Positions 45,835 to 55,543 of a stretch of DNA of 64,000 nt are shown piece by piece. A program made the position numbers and the translations under genes. The stretch comes from Deltaproteobacteria bacterium CG_4_9_14_3_um_filter_63_12 (GTDB taxonomy: Bacteria > Myxococcota_A > Bradymonadia > UBA4248 > UM-FILTER-63-12), in the NCBI GenBank assembly GCA_002789955.1, contig PFUG01000609.1, forward strand, positions 3,635 through 67,634, read 5' to 3'. Below the pieces are notes generated by a model. It was not told the origin of the DNA. It searched no databases and saw nothing but the letters and a program-made list of their open reading frames with translations. Positions within the stretch are counted from its first letter, which is position 1. Each line of letters begins with the position of its first letter.

Positions 45835-48504
45835 TCAGCGCAAGAACCCCTCGATGTCCAACGTCATCCCCTCTGGCAGCACCACCGACACCGCGGCGTC
45901 CTCGCGCGTGAACACCTCGGTGGCGCAGCGGCGCACGTCCTCGGCGGTGACGGCCAGGATGCGGTCGTCGTAGCTCCAGTGGTAACCGTGGCCCAGCTCG
46001 TAGTGGTCGTGCAAGGCCATCATGCTCGCCCGCGTGCTGCCCCGTTGCAGCGAGATGTCGTGGGTCCCGATCAGGTAGCGTTGCGCTCGCAACAGCTCTG
46101 CGGGCGACACGCACTCTTGGACCAAGCGCCCGATCTGCGCGGAGATGCCGGCCAGGGCGTCGTTGAGTTTCTCGGGGCTGGTGCCGATGTAGAAACCGAA
46201 GCTGCCGCGGTCCAGGTCGGGGCGCGCGTAGGCCGAGACCGAGTAGGCCAGGCTCTGCTTGTCGCGCAGCTCTAGGAAGAGCCGGCCGCCTTGACCGGAG
46301 AGCAGGGCCGAGGCGAGGTCCAAGCAATAGCGCCGCTCCTCGTCGAGCCGCGAGCCCAAGAAGCCGATGGCCAGGTGGGCCTGTTGCTTGTCCTCGTGGT
46401 GGGTCGCCAGGGCGATGCCGCGCAGCGGCGCTGGGTCGTTGTAGACGATGGGCGCGCGCTCGCAGCCTGCCTCGTCGAGCTGCTCGGCCAGAGAATAGGC
46501 CTGCTCCAGCTCGATGTCCCCGACCACCGCCACGACCTTCGCTCGCTCCAAGAACGTCAGGCGATGGAAGTCGCGCACGTCGGCCGTGGTCAGCGCCGAG
46601 ATGGACTCGACGCTGCCCATCATCTCCAGCGAATACGGGTGCTCGCCGTAGAGCAACTTCGCCAGCTCGCGGAACGCCTTGCCCGCAGGCTGGTCGTCCT
46701 GGGCGTGCAGGTCCTCGAGGGTGAGTTGCTGCTCGTGGCTGAACTCGTCCTCTTCGAACGAGGGGTTCGCGAAGCAGTCGACGTAGAGGTCGGCGGCGGC
46801 CTCGAAGTGCTTCGACAGCACGGTGAACGCCAACCCGACCGTGTTGTGGCCAGCGTACCCCGAGATCGACCCGCCCATGCTCTCGGACACCTCGGCGATC
46901 TCGCGGGCGCTGAGGTGGTCGGTTCCACGCGTCATGAGCTGCGTCATCAGCGCGCTGATGCCGGACTGCGCGGCCGTCTCGTAGCGCGTCCCGCCGGCCA
47001 CCGGCATGAACATCGACACCAGCGGCACCGTACGGTCCTGCTGCACGAGCAGCGTCGTCCCGTTGGCCAAGACCGCGCGGTGGATCCCGCGCTCGTCGGT
47101 GTGTTGGGAGCGCGCGGCGGGGCTTATTCGCCGCGCGCCCGAAGCCCGCTCGACGATGGCGCGCACCGCCTCGGGGTCCGTCGCTTCGCCCTGCGGCGAG
47201 GTCATCACCACCGTAAGGGTCTCGGGGCGCAGGAGGTAGTTGGCGACGCGGCGCAGGTCGGCCAGGGTTACGGCCTCGATGGCAGCGTAGTAGCGGTCCT
47301 CGAAGTCCAGATCGCCGACCAAGCACTGGTAGTAGCCAAACTTCTGCGCCAGCCCGTGCATGCTCTGCTGCTGGTAGACCAACTGGCTGGAGAGCAAGGT
47401 CTTAGCGCGCTGGATCTCATCGTCGCCGATGGTTCTCTGGCCCACGCCGAAGACCAAGCTGAGGATGGCCTCGAGGACCTCCTCGGCGCCGATGGTAGGC
47501 GCAGGGTCGCCATCGGGCTGGCTTGGGGCCAGGTCGCCGCTGGGAAGCGAGCGAAATCCGTTGGCTGGCCGCGCTTGAAAAGTCGTGGCGACGCTCAGCA
47601 GGCCGGCGTCGCGCGGCGTGTAGGCGTAGCAGCCGATGGAGTTCACCAGCTGCAGCTCGTCCTTGATCACCACGTCCAGCCAAGAGCTCTCACCGCCGCC
47701 CAAGAGGACGCTGAGGACGTCGATGGCGGGCACGTCCGCGTGGGTCAGCTCGGGGACGGGGAAGGCGATTTGCAGGTGCGTCTCGCGCTGAGTGTGCTCT
47801 TGCAGGACCAAGCGCAGCGCGGTCTGCGGCGACTCGGGCAGGCGAGCTCGAGGCGGCGTCGAGGCCGGCGGGGCGACGAAGTGTCGCTTGACCGAGGCGA
47901 GCACCTCTTCGACGTCGATGTCGCCGACGATGGAGACGGTCATGTTCGAGGGCACGTACCAGGTCTCGAAGAACTCCAGCACGTCGTCGCGGGTGTAGCG
48001 CGCGACCCGCTCGGACTCGCCGATGACGGGCTTTCCGTAGGGGTGGCTCGCGAAGACGGTGCTGAAGAGCAGCTGACTGGTGCGGTTCATGGGCGAGTCT
48101 TCGCCGCGCTTGAGCTCTTCCTGGATGACCTCGAGCTCGCGGGACAGCTCCTCGGGGTCGAAGGCCGAGTTCTGGATGGCGTCGGCCAGGATCTCCAAGC
48201 CCACCTCGAAGAAACGGCTCGACATCTCCACGTGGTAGACCGTGTAGTCGAAGCTCGTCCGGGCATTGATCTCGCCGCCCGCTGCCTCGACCTCCCGAGC
48301 GATCTCGCCCACTCCTCGGCGGCTGGTCCCTTTGAACAGCATGTGCTCATGGACGTGCGCCAAGCCGCCCTGGCGCTCGTTCTCGTCGGCGCTGCCGACG
48401 CCGACCCAGACGTCAATGGCGACCACGGGCGCGCTGGGGTTGTTCATCAGGATGACGCCGAGCCCGTTGCTCAGCGTGTGTTGCTCGACGTGCATTGGAA
48501 TCAA
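45835..48504 (-). CDS. tandem (two-half) M16-family zinc metallopeptidase (pitrilysin-like)
   Basis: Inverted zinc motif HVHEHMLFKGT...E in the first half. At 889 aa it fits two M16 active/inactive halves in one polypeptide. Confidence 0.8.
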   Translation of the reverse strand: MIPMHVEQHTLSNGLGVILMNNPSAPVVAIDVWVGVGSADENERQGGLAHVHEHMLFKGTSRRGVGEIAREVEAAGGEINARTSFDYTVYHVEMSSRFFEVGLEILADAIQNSAFDPEELSRELEVIQEELKRGEDSPMNRTSQLLFSTVFASHPYGKPVIGESERVARYTRDDVLEFFETWYVPSNMTVSIVGDIDVEEVLASVKRHFVAPPASTPPRARLPESPQTALRLVLQEHTQRETHLQIAFPVPELTHADVPAIDVLSVLLGGGESSWLDVVIKDELQLVNSIGCYAYTPRDAGLLSVATTFQARPANGFRSLPSGDLAPSQPDGDPAPTIGAEEVLEAILSLVFGVGQRTIGDDEIQRAKTLLSSQLVYQQQSMHGLAQKFGYYQCLVGDLDFEDRYYAAIEAVTLADLRRVANYLLRPETLTVVMTSPQGEATDPEAVRAIVERASGARRISPAARSQHTDERGIHRAVLANGTTLLVQQDRTVPLVSMFMPVAGGTRYETAAQSGISALMTQLMTRGTDHLSAREIAEVSESMGGSISGYAGHNTVGLAFTVLSKHFEAAADLYVDCFANPSFEEDEFSHEQQLTLEDLHAQDDQPAGKAFRELAKLLYGEHPYSLEMMGSVESISALTTADVRDFHRLTFLERAKVVAVVGDIELEQAYSLAEQLDEAGCERAPIVYNDPAPLRGIALATHHEDKQQAHLAIGFLGSRLDEERRYCLDLASALLSGQGGRLFLELRDKQSLAYSVSAYARPDLDRGSFGFYIGTSPEKLNDALAGISAQIGRLVQECVSPAELLRAQRYLIGTHDISLQRGSTRASMMALHDHYELGHGYHWSYDDRILAVTAEDVRRCATEVFTREDAAVSVVLPEGMTLDIEGFLR

Positions 48505-48655
48505 AAGAGCCTCGGGTGCCGAATGATTTCACGACAGAAAAGGGTGACAAACCTCTCCCGTTTCGGGGGCAGGGGCATAGGCAAAAGAATAGAAGTGATT
48601 GAGGAAAGCAAGAACACTCGGCCAGGAATGGTTTAGGCCGTTTAACATCGAATGT

Positions 48656-48791
48656 GCTCACCACAGAGAACACAGAGAGCCATGAGGAGTTGGATTCGAC
48701 CGGGCATACAGTCGAAATCGAGACGAAATCCAAGTGAGTCGCGCTAACTAGGAATCTCCGCTCTGGGTTCTCTGTGCTCTCTGTGGTGAGC
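48656..48791. repeat. 25-bp imperfect inverted repeats (23/25) flanking an 85-bp core; MITE-like or long-stem RNA element
   Basis: Left arm GCTCACCACAGAGAACACAGAGAGC (48656-48680) and right arm GTTCTCTGTGCTCTCTGTGGTGAGC (48767-48791) are reverse complements with 2 mismatches. The region is locally AT-richer and lies between the Gfo/Idh/MocA gene and the M16 gene. Confidence 0.7.
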
Positions 48792-48886
48792 CTGGGCCCC
48801 AAGAAATCACCCGAAGCCTAGAGACTATTTCAGCGCGTATGGGGGTAGGGGGAGGGGGCCGAGCGTTCGATTCCGGAAACGAGGGC

Positions 48887-49957
48887 TCAATCGCCTTCGC
48901 CCACAGCCACCGCCCCCCCATGGCGCGCCGCTTCGCGGGCCGCCAGCGTGAAGCGCAGGGCCTGGGTGGCCTCCTGGCCCGAGAGGCGAGGCTTGGCTTC
49001 GCCTTTGATGCAGCGGATGAAGTGATTGATGGAGTTGCGGAAGGCCGCCTTCCAGTCGTCCTCGATCTCGTTGAAGGAGAACATGCGCCCGTCGCGCAGC
49101 ATCTGCAGCGGCGCCGCGTCGAGCACGCCGGCCGCGCCACGATTGACCCAGATGATGCCGCGGCTGCCCGTGACCTCAATGAACTCGATGTGCGGGTAGG
49201 TGTCCGAGCGCACGTAGAGCTGCGGGGCGTAGACCAGCTCGAGCGAGCCGAACTGGTTGGGACCGAAGTGTTTCCAAGTCAGCAGCGTGGGGGCGTCAAG
49301 GAAGTAGCCAGGGTGAATCTCGGTGCGAGACGTCCAGCAGCCGACGCGCTCGACCGGGCCCATGAGGAAGAGGGCGGCAGCGAGCTTGTGGTAGCCCATG
49401 TCGAAGAGGAGCGGACCGCCGCCCATGCGGCCGGGATCCAAACGCCACAGCCAGCTCTCCGGCTTGACGGCCCAGCCGCCTTCGGGGCTGCCGATGGTCG
49501 CCTTCATGCGGATGCTGATGGGCGTCCCAATCTCGCCCGCGTCGAGAAACGCGCCGGCTTCGACCAGCGGCGGATAGAACAGGCCAGGCTCGCTGATCTG
49601 CAAGACCACACCGGCCTGCTCGACGGCCTCTACGACGTTGCGCGCGCCGCGCAAGCTGATGGCGATGGGCTTGGCCAGGTGGATGTGCTTGCCAGCCAAC
49701 GCCGCCGCGACCGCGATGCGATCGTGCAAGTGATGGGGAGTGAGGATCTCGACGGCGTCGACGTTGGGGTCGGCGAGGAGCTCCTCGTAATCGGTGTAGA
49801 CGCGCTCGGCCGACCACTCCAAAGCCTTCGCGATCGCGATGTCCTCGCGGGCGTCGCAGACCGCATAGATCTTGGCCGTCGTGAGCTTCTTGTAGGCCTC
49901 GACGTGCAGGTTGGCGATCTGGCCGGCGCCGATGATTCCAATCCTCAAAGGGGGCAT
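48887..49957 (-). CDS. Gfo/Idh/MocA-family NAD(P)-dependent oxidoreductase
   Basis: MPPLRIGIIGAGQIANLHVEAY is a Rossmann N-terminus, and the C-terminal a/b domain is typical of the family. RBS GGAG. Confidence 0.8.
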   Translation of the reverse strand: MPPLRIGIIGAGQIANLHVEAYKKLTTAKIYAVCDAREDIAIAKALEWSAERVYTDYEELLADPNVDAVEILTPHHLHDRIAVAAALAGKHIHLAKPIAISLRGARNVVEAVEQAGVVLQISEPGLFYPPLVEAGAFLDAGEIGTPISIRMKATIGSPEGGWAVKPESWLWRLDPGRMGGGPLLFDMGYHKLAAALFLMGPVERVGCWTSRTEIHPGYFLDAPTLLTWKHFGPNQFGSLELVYAPQLYVRSDTYPHIEFIEVTGSRGIIWVNRGAAGVLDAAPLQMLRDGRMFSFNEIEDDWKAAFRNSINHFIRCIKGEAKPRLSGQEATQALRFTLAAREAARHGGAVAVGEGD

Positions 49958-50105
49958 AACGTCTCCAGGAGAGTCCTGCGGATGAGCTGGGAACGAGGTC
50001 AGCCCGGCTATACCGTTGCGGGCTCTGGCCTGTCAATTGGCGGAAGGATCCTCCCCGCTACACTCCCGTTGGAAACAGAACCCAAGAAGTGCGTCTGACC
50101 CAAAC

Positions 50106-50570
50106 TCAAATCACATAGTAGAGCGTCTCGGCGCCCTCGCGGTAGACGCGCAGCTTCTCGGCTCTTTTGACCATGTCGCCCAGCGTCTCGGAGCGCATCT
50201 GAGTGCGAATGCGCTCGGCGATGTCGGTCCACACCAAGGAGGTGACCTGTTTGCTGGCGATCTCATTGCCCTGATCGAGTTCGTCGGCGGAGGGGAGGTC
50301 ATCCATCTCGATCAGCCCATCGATGGCGTCGACGATGTCGAAGAAGGTAATTTCGTCGGCCTCTCGAGCCAGGAGGTAGCCGCCAGCTGGGCCTCTTCTG
50401 GAGATGACCAGCTCGGCCTTGCGCAGCTGCAGCAGGATCTGCTCGAGAAAGCGCTGCGGGATGTCTTCTCTGTGGGCGATCTCCCGCCCTGCAATGGGCT
50501 GCTCGTTACCGTGAAAGGCAATATCGAACATCGCCCGAATCGCGTAGGTGCATCGACTCGAAAGTTTCAT
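50106..50570 (-). CDS. Rrf2-family transcriptional regulator lacking the cluster-ligating cysteines
   Basis: MKLSSRCTYAIRAMFDIA...GGYLLAR is the Rrf2 wHTH. There are no Cys in the C-terminal half, so it is an apo-type Rrf2 like CymR rather than IscR or NsrR. Confidence 0.75.
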   Translation of the reverse strand: MKLSSRCTYAIRAMFDIAFHGNEQPIAGREIAHREDIPQRFLEQILLQLRKAELVISRRGPAGGYLLAREADEITFFDIVDAIDGLIEMDDLPSADELDQGNEIASKQVTSLVWTDIAERIRTQMRSETLGDMVKRAEKLRVYREGAETLYYVI

Positions 50571-50881
50571 GATGTGGCTCCGCCATAATAACCAATCCCT
50601 GCTATCAAGATTAATCCTTAGACCTAGGTTAAGGCCCTGTCAACGGTGAAAAACTCACGCCAGCTCAAACGCTTTTTTCGGCAAGGTGTTGCTTCCTGGC
50701 GAGTAATCACGCTGGATTTCGCCGATCGAGGTCTCAACGAAAGGGGCCCGGGGAGCCTACTGTTGTAATTCCCATCCGTATGGTAGTAAAAGAGAGCGCG
50801 CGCCTCGTCTCCTTGCACCCTCCACAGCCGACCCCTAGTCTTTCGCCTGCTGGCCAAGCCGGCCCTTCTTCCACTTTCGTT

Positions 50882-51175
50882 ATGCACCAGATGACGATGA
50901 ACGATCGAAACGGGCTCGTCTCAAAACTCCTGAAAGCTTCAGTCAAGCGGGTCGGTGGGGTGCTCGCCCGCGCGATGGCTTCACTCATCGTCCTTGTCGT
51001 TGCCGCGGGGCTCGCGGTGATCGGGCTGGCGCTCATGATGGTCGGCGTCCTTGTCTTTCAGCAGACCCTCTCGCGAGTCCTCGGGCTGACCCTGAATTTG
51101 AGCGACGCCCTCAAGTTCGTCGGGCGAACACTCACTGCTGTGTCGGCCCTGAGCGCCTTAGGGAACGCCAGTTGA
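50882..51175 (+). CDS. small hypothetical membrane protein
   Basis: Two hydrophobic helices. A 4-bp overlap (ATGA) with the next gene suggests coupling. The start is uncertain. Confidence 0.35.
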   Translation: MHQMTMNDRNGLVSKLLKASVKRVGGVLARAMASLIVLVVAAGLAVIGLALMMVGVLVFQQTLSRVLGLTLNLSDALKFVGRTLTAVSALSALGNAS

Positions 51176-51993
51176 CGGCGCTGATGACCAGCGCGAGGAC
51201 GCACGTCGTCTGGGGGCTTAGCCTCGTCGCCGTACTGCTCGTCGGGTGCGGTCGCGAGGCGCAAGCCAAAGAGCCAGACCACACCGAGGTCCTAGTCCTC
51301 GAACCGGCTGCCGGGGCCAAGCTGAAGAACCCTGTGACCTTCAAAGGCACCATCGACGGTCCACTGCGTTCCATTGTCCTTCGACAAGGGGGCTCGAAGG
51401 TCGGGGTGCTGTGCGTGCACGACGCCCGCTTCCGCTTCCCACTGTTTTTCACCGCGGACGAGCACGGCTCGGTGGCTGCGCTGACCCTGGAAGCCGAAGG
51501 GGCCGAGAGCACCACGCTGGAGCTTCAGCTCGAGCCCTTCGACCTGCTGGCCCTAGAGGACGCACTGGCCGCGGTCGACCAGGCGTTGCGCGCGTCGCCG
51601 CCTCAGTTCGGAGTTGGCCTCGAGCTCGCTTCTCGTCTGCTCGGGGCGGGGCACCCACGTTTCGCGTTCGTGGTCGTGCTGAGGTTGGAGGCCTCGCCCG
51701 AGCCCATGAGCCAAGACGAGCGCTTGGAGCTGTCCGTCCTGCGCGCGGAGATCGATGTCGTGCTCAGGCACGACGAGCATCTGCGAGAGGTGCTCACGGG
51801 GCTGCAGGACAAGCCGAGCGAACCCGCTGAGCTGTGCAAGCTTTGTGCGCGCCTTGGCGAGCGCCTCTTCGCGCTTTCGGACTTCGCTTTGGTGCGGGCA
51901 GAGGCGAAGCTCGCCGGCGCGCTTCTCTCAGCGGGCAACGTTCTCTTCGAGCGCGCCGGGCTGCTGCCCCGTCGGCTGCTGAAGGGATACTGA
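51172..51993 (+). CDS. lipoprotein, function unknown
   Basis: Lipobox LLVGC|G. It is coupled to its flanking genes. Confidence 0.5.
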   Translation: MTALMTSARTHVVWGLSLVAVLLVGCGREAQAKEPDHTEVLVLEPAAGAKLKNPVTFKGTIDGPLRSIVLRQGGSKVGVLCVHDARFRFPLFFTADEHGSVAALTLEAEGAESTTLELQLEPFDLLALEDALAAVDQALRASPPQFGVGLELASRLLGAGHPRFAFVVVLRLEASPEPMSQDERLELSVLRAEIDVVLRHDEHLREVLTGLQDKPSEPAELCKLCARLGERLFALSDFALVRAEAKLAGALLSAGNVLFERAGLLPRRLLKGY

Positions 51994-51995
51994 CC

Positions 51996-54923
51996 GTGTC
52001 CCGGCGCGAACCATATCACGGCATTTGGAGTGCTTTCATCGTCGCGCTGTGCATGCTGTTTGCGGCCCCTCCCGCGGCCATGGCGACCTCCGACCCTAGC
52101 CTCGAGTGGTTCACGCTGGAGAGCGAGCACTTTGTGCTGCACTACCACACCGGCCTCGAGAAGATGGCCGTCGACGCCCTCGCCGTCGCCGAGGAAGCCT
52201 ACGAACGCCTCTCGCCCCTGCTGAGATGGACGCCGGGTGCCCGCACGCACATCGTGCTCACGGATTTTGGCGACAGCGCCAACGGGATGGCCGGCGTAGT
52301 CCCCTACAACCTGATGCAGCTCTACGCCGCGGCCCCGACCTCGCGCAGCACCTTGAACGACTACGACGACTGGCTGCGCAGCCTGATCTTCCACGAGTAC
52401 GTCCACATTCTGCACCTCGACACCATGAGCGGGGTCCCGGCGCTCATCAACGTCATCTTTGGCAAGACCGTGGCGCCCAACGGTTCACTGCCCCGCTGGT
52501 TCACCGAAGGACTCGCGACCTACTACGAAAGCGCGCGCACCGGCGCCGGGCGCATCCGCAACGGCGTCTTCAAGATGTGTCTGAGGGCGGCGGCGCTCGA
52601 CGACAGGCTCTTCTCGCTCGGCACGTTGAGCGGCGCACCGACTCAATGGCCAGGCGTGCGCGCTTGGTATCTCTACGGCGGACACTTCCTGGCCTATGTG
52701 GCCGCGACACGCGGGGAGAGTGCGCTGACCGATTTCAACCATGCCTACGGCGAGCGTCTGATCCCGTTCGGCGTCAACATCGTCGCGCGCCAAACCCTCG
52801 GCGACGACTGGCCCACGCTCTACGGCGAATGGCAGACCGCCTTGACCGCAGACGCCTTGGCGCAGTGGGTGGCAGTGCGCGCGCAGGGCGGGCCGACTCC
52901 CTACCGCCCGCTCAATAAGCGCTCCTACGCCCACGACTTCATCCAGCGCCGACCCGGTCACAACCAGCTCTCGTTCATCCGCAACGACGGCCTCGACGAG
53001 CGCATGCTCGTCCTCTACGACCTCGAGTCGGGCGAGGAGACCGAGGTCTTCGAAGAGCACGGAGAGGGCTGGCACGCCTGGAGCCCCGACGGGCAGTTCC
53101 TGGTCACCGCGGAGACCAACTTCTACGAGCGAGTCTACGTCTATGGGGACTTGTACAAACTGGACCTAGAGACGGGCGACCACCAGCTGCTGACGAACGG
53201 GGAGCGTGCCCGCGAGCCCGTGGTCGCGCCCGACGGCCGCAGCGTCGTCTACATCGCCGGACAACGAGGCACGACCGACCTCAAGCGTCTGTGGCTCGAC
53301 ACAGGCGAGCTGGAGGTTTTGTACGAAGGACAGGCATACGAGCAGATCTCCACCCCGAACTTCGACCCAGAGGGGACCCGGCTCGTCGTCAGCCGCTTCT
53401 CCGGCGAGCCGGTCGGACGCAGGGATCTATTCCTCTTCGACCTGCAGACCAAGGTGTGGACGCGGTTGACGGACGATAAGGCGCTCGACTTGGAGCCGCG
53501 CTTCGACCCCACAGGAGAAGCCATCATTTTCAGCGCGGACCGAACCGGGACCTTCGAACTCTACCGCGCCGATCTGGTGACGGGAGCGCTGTTGCAGCTC
53601 ACCCGCTCGGTCACTGGCTTCTTCAGCCCGTCGTTCGATCCGAGCGGAGAGGTGCTCTACGCCACGACCTACGACTCCGACGGGTACAACGTCACGACGC
53701 TCTCGGTGCCGGAGTTGATGGCGTCGGCGAGTCCTGCCATCGTCGACCGCCGGCGTGAGGTCGTGGTCACGCCGGCCGCCCCGAGAGTGAGCCACGAGGC
53801 TCATTCCTACCAGCCTTGGAGGTTTCTCTGGCCCAGCAATTGGTTGCCCGAGTTCCTCTCCACCTTGAGCTTCGATGGCACCTACGCGCTGAGCTTGATG
53901 GGCTCCGATCCGGCCGGTTACCACATTTGGCTGGCCCGTTTGGCGTACAACACCAACCTGGAGGACCTCTCATTCGGCGCGACGTACGCGTATTTGGGTC
54001 TGCCCGTCGATCTGCAGCTGCACTTGAGCCGAGGCGACTCCGCGCGCCGCTTCCGCGGCTCGGACGGCGACGTGAACTACCAGGAGAACCAGACGTTCGC
54101 GGGGGTGGACGCGGTGTTGCCGCTGCCGTCGCCCGACTTCAGCCACACGCTCTCGGCCAGCTTCAACCTGACCCACTACGCCCCCTCGGAGCCGCTGCCG
54201 AGTGTCGTGGCGCGGGATCCCATTGGCCCCCTGCCCCGCTTTCCGGAGCTGGGCTACTTCAACAACGTGCGCCTCGGCTGGTCCTTTGGCTCCTTGGACT
54301 CGTTCCCCGCCTCGGTCTCCACAGAGAGCGGCTTCAGCCTTGGGCTCTCGGTCGGGATGCGCTCGCCGCTGGTTGGCTCCGACTTCTCCTCGTTCGACGT
54401 GAGCTACCAGAGCGCGCTCTACCTGCAGAACCCCTGGCTCGACAATCATGTCTTCGCGATCCGTTTGGCGGGCGGGGTCGGATGGGCCGACTACAACCGG
54501 CGAGGTCTCTTCATCGTCGGCGGTATTCCAGAGCAGGACCTCGTCATGGCCCTGATCAACCAATTCGGTGTGGGCAGCGCTCAGCTGCGCGGCTACGACG
54601 TGGTCGACAGTTACGGCGATGAGTACCACCTCCTCAACTCCGAGTACCGCTTCCCCATCTTCGATATCGAGGACGGCTACGACACGCTTCCGGCCTATTT
54701 GGGGCGCCTGCACGGAGCCCTCTTCGCAGACTACGGTGGCGCCTTCTTCGGCGGCATTGACAGCGAGGCCCTCGACCAGTTCAAGCTGGGGGTGGGGGCG
54801 GAGCTGCGCATGTCGTTGGTGCTGGGCTATCATCTGCCGAGCATGTTGCGGTTGGGCTACGCCTATGGCGCCTCCGAGGGCGGGCTGCACCACCTCTATC
54901 TCGTCGTCGGCAGCCAGTTCTGA
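51996..54923 (+). CDS. outer-membrane protein fusing a Peptidase_MA-like HExxH domain, a PD40/TolB-like beta-propeller and a C-terminal Omp85-type (bacterial surface antigen) beta-barrel
   Basis: GTG start 2 nt after the upstream stop. Signal peptide ...FIVALCMLFAAPPAAMA|TS. FHEYVHILHLD...WFTEGLATYYE follows the Peptidase_MA_2 pattern. The middle carries repeated PD40-like blades (DGQFLV..., DGRSVVY..., DPTGEAIIFSADRTG...). The C-terminal 330 aa are Gly/aromatic-rich with QLRGYD and a terminal ...VVGSQF, as in Omp85/BamA barrels. Confidence 0.55.
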   Translation: MSRREPYHGIWSAFIVALCMLFAAPPAAMATSDPSLEWFTLESEHFVLHYHTGLEKMAVDALAVAEEAYERLSPLLRWTPGARTHIVLTDFGDSANGMAGVVPYNLMQLYAAAPTSRSTLNDYDDWLRSLIFHEYVHILHLDTMSGVPALINVIFGKTVAPNGSLPRWFTEGLATYYESARTGAGRIRNGVFKMCLRAAALDDRLFSLGTLSGAPTQWPGVRAWYLYGGHFLAYVAATRGESALTDFNHAYGERLIPFGVNIVARQTLGDDWPTLYGEWQTALTADALAQWVAVRAQGGPTPYRPLNKRSYAHDFIQRRPGHNQLSFIRNDGLDERMLVLYDLESGEETEVFEEHGEGWHAWSPDGQFLVTAETNFYERVYVYGDLYKLDLETGDHQLLTNGERAREPVVAPDGRSVVYIAGQRGTTDLKRLWLDTGELEVLYEGQAYEQISTPNFDPEGTRLVVSRFSGEPVGRRDLFLFDLQTKVWTRLTDDKALDLEPRFDPTGEAIIFSADRTGTFELYRADLVTGALLQLTRSVTGFFSPSFDPSGEVLYATTYDSDGYNVTTLSVPELMASASPAIVDRRREVVVTPAAPRVSHEAHSYQPWRFLWPSNWLPEFLSTLSFDGTYALSLMGSDPAGYHIWLARLAYNTNLEDLSFGATYAYLGLPVDLQLHLSRGDSARRFRGSDGDVNYQENQTFAGVDAVLPLPSPDFSHTLSASFNLTHYAPSEPLPSVVARDPIGPLPRFPELGYFNNVRLGWSFGSLDSFPASVSTESGFSLGLSVGMRSPLVGSDFSSFDVSYQSALYLQNPWLDNHVFAIRLAGGVGWADYNRRGLFIVGGIPEQDLVMALINQFGVGSAQLRGYDVVDSYGDEYHLLNSEYRFPIFDIEDGYDTLPAYLGRLHGALFADYGGAFFGGIDSEALDQFKLGVGAELRMSLVLGYHLPSMLRLGYAYGASEGGLHHLYLVVGSQF

Positions 54924-55069
54924 GACGCGAGGACCAACGGAGGCACCGAAGCTGGCAAAGCTAGTGGGAATATACGAGTACGAATAGACTGGTTGTCCTA
55001 GCGTACGATTCGAAATGCCTTGACGGTGTGGAGCCGGCCCTGGGCAACGAGCCCAGAAAGAGCAAGCAG

Positions 55070-55264
55070 ATGAAAGCAAAGTCAAACACCAAATCGAAAG
55101 TGATTCTGATTCTCGCTGGACTCGTGGGCCTGCTGGTGGCCTGGTTCCTGTTCAAGAAGACCATCATGTCGGTCCTGACCACGGTTGCAGTGGGCGCCAT
55201 CGTGATCGCGCTGCTCTACGTGGCGATTCGGGTCTGGTGGTGGCGGCGCACCCGGAAACGTTGA
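55070..55264 (+). CDS. small membrane protein (2 TM)
   Basis: MKAKSNTKSKVILILAGLVGLLVAWFLF...AVGAIVIALLYVAIRVWWWRRTRKR. Weak evidence: hydrophobicity only. Confidence 0.3.
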   Translation: MKAKSNTKSKVILILAGLVGLLVAWFLFKKTIMSVLTTVAVGAIVIALLYVAIRVWWWRRTRKR

Positions 55265-55543
55265 GTTTCAGCCGACGAGTGGGGCGCGGTGCGCTGGCGA
55301 AGCCCTTTGCCGCCTTCGACAGACGCACATCGGGCGTGAGTTGCCATCGCGGGGCGCACGTTCTATAGTCGCGAACGACTTTCGCCAGGACTCGAAGTCA
55401 CGTGTTTCGTCGGTGTAAACACAGGCAATTCGGTACGAAAGCCACCCCACGACCAGACCCTACACTGCAAACCAAACGCTGCGCTGTGGCCAAGAAGGTG
55501 TCTCAGGTCGCAGTGAAGGGTCAGACTCAAGCATCAAGGATAG

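Noticed and set aside
48841-48875. tRNA-like T-arm motif (GCGTTCGATTCCGG)
   Set aside because: No acceptor, D or anticodon arms can be drawn around it. It is an isolated motif, not a tRNA.
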